A DNA stretch of 63,627 nucleotides, counting the filler, from Sphacelaria rigidula (Eukaryota), in the NCBI GenBank assembly GCA_964200075.2. It is 11 parts of 11 records of this genome, joined end to end, with 100 filler letters (N's around TTAATTAATTAA, not from the genome) between each part and the next. Parts side by side here need not be neighbours in the genome. Positions count along the whole stretch, not along the records: positions 57,935 to 63,627 come from CAXNAA020025205.1; 10 more parts are not named here. One strand, 5' to 3'. Below the pieces are notes generated by a model. That model had not been told where the DNA came from, searched no databases, and saw only the letters and a list, made by a program, of their open reading frames with translations. Position 1 is the first letter of the stretch. Each line of letters opens with the position of its first letter. The position numbers and the translations under genes were made by a program. Positions 58,887 through 63,627 of this stretch are shown one piece after another.

Positions 58887-61338
58887 AGGGCTTATTTTTT
58901 TAGTATGCTGAAACGACGGCCGAAACGTGACGAAGTTGTGTGCGTTGTGTATCACGCCAATGCTTGCCCTAGTGGCAGAGCAACAGGACCGCAGAAACAA
59001 GCAGAATCTCGGTAAGAATGTAAAGCCTCTCCGGACTTACATCTCGGGGCACTCACGTACGTATCGATGGAACCGATAGCAGAGGCATATACAGATGGCA
59101 CATGACCACCTTCATGCTCATCGCCGTACAAATGATAAAAATGGGTCAGCCTCTTTTAGAACTTCGCTTGATATTGAACCGAAAGTGCCGCTGCTTCCTC
59201 TCGGGGAAAGTCTGGCTAAGCCGTATTTAACCCTTTCGTGGAGTGCTGTCCCGTCTGGATATTGCAGCCAACGCATCTGATCTTATTCATCAACGACCAC
59301 ATACAACAATAGCGATAGCCTGTCATCTCTCTCGACTGCACACAGAGTACGCTGGTTCTGCCTATCCTTAACTGCAGTCATTGGTCGACGGTCTGCAGTC
59401 ACTGCTCAGAAAAGAAGGCGGGATAGGGCCGTGAAAGCTGCACAAAAGGCCCCCCTCTCTCGTGCATGTGAGAAGCCCGCGCAGTCATTGTTTGTTGCCA
59501 GTTTTCCCCAGGGGAGCTCACCCGAACACCAACATACTTTCAGTTTGTCAAAACCCACTGGCCCAAATCCCAACCCGGGGCAGGCCAAGAACCCTCGGGC
59601 CAATTTGCGCCATGCAATGTGTGCGTCGGCGGAGCTCAAATCGGCGCCGCGCCTATCTGATCCGAAACGCATGCTGCGCGCTTAGAGCAAGTCCGTGGAA
59701 GTGTGCTCCGTGTAAGGTGTAAAGTTCTGAAAATGGTGGTTCAAACCAAAACCGGCCGTGCTTTAACCATGGATAGCTGCCGGCGGTTTGCATGAACGTT
59801 TTTTTCCACAACTGCGAAGATATCATTTTTTGTCACCATGTTCGGCAACTCTACAACACATTTCCATTGTAGCGATTACTCTATTCGTGTTTTAGACTCT
59901 TCCACGGATTCTCCAAAATGAGCATTCCCACCAGGGTGAAAAAAGTTGTCTGCGCATTCCTCCTCTGTACCCCATAGAAGGTGCCCCCGTTCGCGTCGTC
60001 ACCTGCGGAATTGTGAGCGAAATTACTGTTCCGAGACAAGGCATGCAGCTCAGGGGTTGGAATCTCTTCGGAACGCGCACCGTTTCGAAAAGGACAACAC
60101 AAGGACGCGCATCAAATATCACGGCCAAGATTTGTTCTTTGGGAAACAGGTTCAATCAACTTGGGCCGAGAAGATGGTGAAAATAATACAGACAGTACTG
60201 TTAAATAGTGGTTACATGAACCAGCTGGCCTGCCCCACCAAAGCTTTGTAGAGAGCCGTTTCTACTTCAAGACGCGTGTTGGACACCACTATATCCCATG
60301 GCGTAGGAATACTACTTCCCCATTGATTCCTATCTTTACATGCATCGCCGCACTATGCTTACTCAGCCGCCGTTGACGAGCTATGTCGGCTTCAAATACT
60401 CGTATCCACCCCGATGGCATGTCCGTGCGGGTATATCTGCTGGCTGTACTGTTGTACTCGTACTCGGCAGGTAAATATTGTAGGCGACGGCTCGTTGATG
60501 AATATGTAGCACGCCCAGTGATTTGTGTTCTTCAAACCTTGGCACGTTGCGAGCGTACAGCGACCACACTTCGAAAATATTCGTCGTTGGAAAAGATTCT
60601 CGTCGAAATTAATAAAAAGGGCCTCAGTTAGCGAGATAATTCAGATTGAACAACTCACTCCCGGGGGTGCTAAACACCGTCACCTATCAACGACAGTCCA
60701 GCAGGGAAACATTCAAAATTTCCACCCGCCTGTGCGCGTCAGTGAGTCCTGTAGGTTCTCTCCCGTTAGTTATTTCGCCATCAGACCTCCGAGGTGGAGG
60801 GCTTGGTAGTTGTTGTGTTGGATGTTCGATAGTACTCGACCCTCTGCTTCCTAACATCATCCCGATGTGTGGTCACGTGTTCAGGTGTCACGTGTCAGGT
60901 GCCAGGTGTAGGGTGGTAACTCCGTTGGGGCGGAAGAACTTATACCGATTCGCCGACCGGTTGGGCGAAACCGTCGCGGTGATGAGGTGATGCGTGTTGA
61001 GCGCTCCAAGTACTGGAAACTGGAAATGAACCATGCTTGGTGTGCGCACCACACACCCCACCAGCGTGGAGAGACCAATCCAAGCAGACAGCATGCGTAC
61101 TCCGAAAAGACCCGCACTATTACTGGCATTTTCACGGGCGCGTTCAGTACTGCAGCTCTCTCTAAGTCCATACCAAGAACCAGAGTTACCGGTGCAGCTG
61201 CTCAAAGATTGTTGTGCGCAAGTGCATAGATATCGGGTCACTCACTAAAGCTGCGAGATCACCAGTTACTGTTGTACGTGACCGGAAAGAAACGCTACAT
61301 CAGTAAACATAACATTCATCAGCCGATCATCATCAGCA

Positions 61339-61601
61339 ATGTGTAGGTTGGGCCATGCAACTTTGTGCCTAGGAATGGGCTTGTGGACGAGGTTAGCCGC
61401 GGCCACCAAGCTATCTGAGTGCCCCGCGAGCGGGCCGGAGGCGGTAACCTACCGATGGGAGGAAACAAAGGGTGGTGACGAGTCTCTGTACGTTGAGGGT
61501 AAGGGGGGCTGTGTTACCCTGAGCGATATCTATCGAGACGCTCCGGATACGCCTTTAGTGCCTATGACAACGGAGGGCGATGAGGTTGACGCCGAGACGG
61601 G
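61339..61601 (+). CDS. First coding exon of a probable secreted mannuronan C5-epimerase-family protein
   Basis: ATG after a CATCATCAGCA context, a signal-peptide-like N-terminus (...LWTRLAAA), then LYVEGKGGCVTLSDIY...PLVPMTTEGDEVDAETG, which resembles brown algal ManC5-E N-termini from recall. Donor GG|GTGAGT. The catalytic exons are not in this contig. Confidence 0.72.
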
Positions 61602-62100
61602 GTGAGTTTCGAGTAAATTGCGTGGGAAGTTGTGCTAATGGGAGGGGCGCAATCCCGAGAGTCTAAGCTTGCGAAACAACGACCAGGCTAAGGAAGATCG
61701 TGCACATGGTGATATCAACATGTATCGTGTAGGCGGCGTATTTTTCGCTCATTGATTTGAGCTTTACTGCAGACTCAATAACGAAAACGTCTCATGCATG
61801 ATACTGCAGTATAGTTGTGTGCTCATGTGCAGGAATGGGATGTATCGTTTAAATTATTGGTCGTGTGCACGATGATGCGGTTTAGCAACTAATTGCTGCG
61901 GGATACATGTGGTGGCTTGTTGTCGAACGCGATTTTGGAGAAAGCTCTCATCGTGTCATTCAATTTATTGTAGGCCGTGTACTTCGCGATCCCTGTCGAC
62001 AGGGAGAAAGGTGACGCCGAGAGTAAGTTGAGCTCGGGGAATCCAGCTCAGACCTGTAGGGTGCCGTGTGCTCAAGAAGTGAAATAAAATGGGCTTGTAA

Positions 62101-62519
62101 GAGCCTGGATCCGTTTTCGAGGTTTAACATTTGGGTGAGTTTCAACTCGAAAACAGTGCTTTTCCTGACCTAAAGTCATGACCAGCAAATTTCATATGGA
62201 CGACCTCATGCCCCCCGACCTCGTTGAAGCTATTTTTTGGGGTTGCCCGTCTTCCGTGCCCCCAAGGCGTATGTGCGAAAACACCTTCTTGCCCAGATAT
62301 CGGGGCGAAAAAGGGGACGTTTTTAGCCCGACATTGGTGCTTTCGCACATACGCTTTGGGGACACGGAAGACGGGTAACCCCCAAAAATAAATTTAAGGA
62401 GGTCGGGGGGCACGAGGTCATCCATATGAAATTCATTGGTCATGACTTTAGGTCAGGGAGAGGGCTGTTTTCGAGTTGAACCTCAACCAAATATTGAACC
62501 TAAAAACGGATCCAGGCTC
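62101..62519. mobile_element. ~420-bp foldback MITE (GAG...CTC termini), intronic
   Basis: GAGCCTGGATCCGTTTT...CCTGACCTAAAGTCATGACCA...GCGTATGTGCGAAA is mirrored to ...AAAACGGATCCAGGCTC. Arms are ~185 bp. No clean TSD. Confidence 0.85.
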
Positions 62520-62974
62520 TTTTGTGTTGGTCTGTCGTCAGTAGACCAGTGGCTTTCGCAAAGTTGCCTGTTCTTTGGGATGGTGCCATTCGCATATATT
62601 GAATCAGTAATAAAAAAAACGGAATATGGTTGAGGCCTGGCTTGTGCATTTATTAGTGCTTTCGGGACGGTATTATTTATTGGATGAACACAAGAACAAA
62701 AATGCAAAAAGTTAACGCCTGGCTCGTCCAGCATTGTAGCCAACCTCGGGATATCATTCTACCGGCCGGTCATTTGCGTTCCGATTTTCCTTACCTGAGT
62801 ACTCCTGACTGCCAGGGGCTTGTGGTGAAGATTTTTCTGTGCAGCGCGCAGGCTTCTTGTGAAGAGTTTCATTTCACTATATTGGAATTGCCCGGACAGG
62901 TGATATTTGGGCATTCTTCGCACGCGGCCATTCGGCTACCCCCCAAAATACTCTGTTCCGGTCAACTTTTCGAG

Positions 62975-63270
62975 CCTCCAGAGAAATCAAACGCCTCTAG
63001 AGGGTGCGTGGCCCTCCAGAGGGGTGGGTAGGATCGAACGCCTCTAGAGGCTTGTTTTGCCTCTGGAGGGCCGCGCACCCTCTGGGAGAACTTGGAGGAT
63101 GTGCAGCCCTCCAGAGCGCCATCTTTTTTGTTACTCTCGAGGGATTCAGAACTCAGAAGCCACTAGAGCATCAGATGCCCTCCAGAGGATTCGTTTTATG
63201 ACCGGAAATGAGTATGAAATAAATACCTTTAGAGGGTAATTTTATCCTCCGGAGGGTCACTTTACCCTCG
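62975..63270. repeat. Cluster of short palindromic CCCTC[CT][AG]GAGGG motifs (probable TE subterminal repeats)
   Basis: About ten variants of CCTCCAGAGG/CCTCTAGAGG/CCTCTGGAGG within 300 bp. Confidence 0.6.
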
Positions 63271-63627
63271 AGATGACGAAAATCGCGATAGAGGATGTGT
63301 ATGGGGGTAGCCAAATGGCCGCGTGTGCTATGTTGCTGCTCAAGTTTGTTCTTGTACGGTCTCCTTATCTGAAACCATGCAGCAGGAGCCTGTCGGGGAT
63401 TTTCTCGCGGGACCGGTGCACTACGTGACCTACCGTTTTTCATCCTCGTATTTTTTTCATCCCCTCCTGCGTTTCGTCTCTTTCATATTTCATTACGCCA
63501 AGGATCTGTCGAGAGAAAAAAATCGGAAACGGAGCCCCCCCCCCCCCCTTCCCTGGTAAGACACCCATGAGGCAATGTATAAGCCGTGGCTGTCTCTGGA
63601 AGTGGCGATACCAGAAAATAAAGCAAC

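Noticed and set aside
41837..61601. Alginate/cell-wall biosynthetic gene cluster (USP + two epimerases)
   Set aside because: The genes are on separate, artificially joined contigs.

Overview
Eukaryotic nuclear DNA, almost certainly from a brown alga (Phaeophyceae), judged from mannuronan C5-epimerase genes, an EsV-1-7 repeat gene, and short exons separated by long TE-filled introns. The window is not one locus. It is 11 unrelated, size-sorted contigs of 5693-5694 bp joined by artificial 100-bp spacers (44N-TTAATTAATTAA-44N). Genes I could reconstruct: an intronless ~1146-codon gene with 27 tandem 37/38-aa C-x4-C...C-x2-H (EsV-1-7) repeats and one in-frame TAA; six 3' exons of a mannuronan C5-epimerase and the first exon of a probable second one; five exons of a NifU/Nfu Fe-S protein; the last two exons of a UDP-sugar pyrophosphorylase; two first exons of an unknown membrane protein; and one low-complexity exon with a PAM2-like motif. 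Two GC-AG introns are implied by exon phase. The rest is transposon debris: a decayed chromodomain Ty3/Gypsy element with a nested MITE, RTE LINE ends, tRNA-derived SINEs and many palindromic MITE/foldback elements. The most interesting candidate is the EsV-1-7 array, whose nearly invariant scaffold with discrete variable positions resembles a modular (TALE/ZF-like) recognition protein. That function is inference, not shown.
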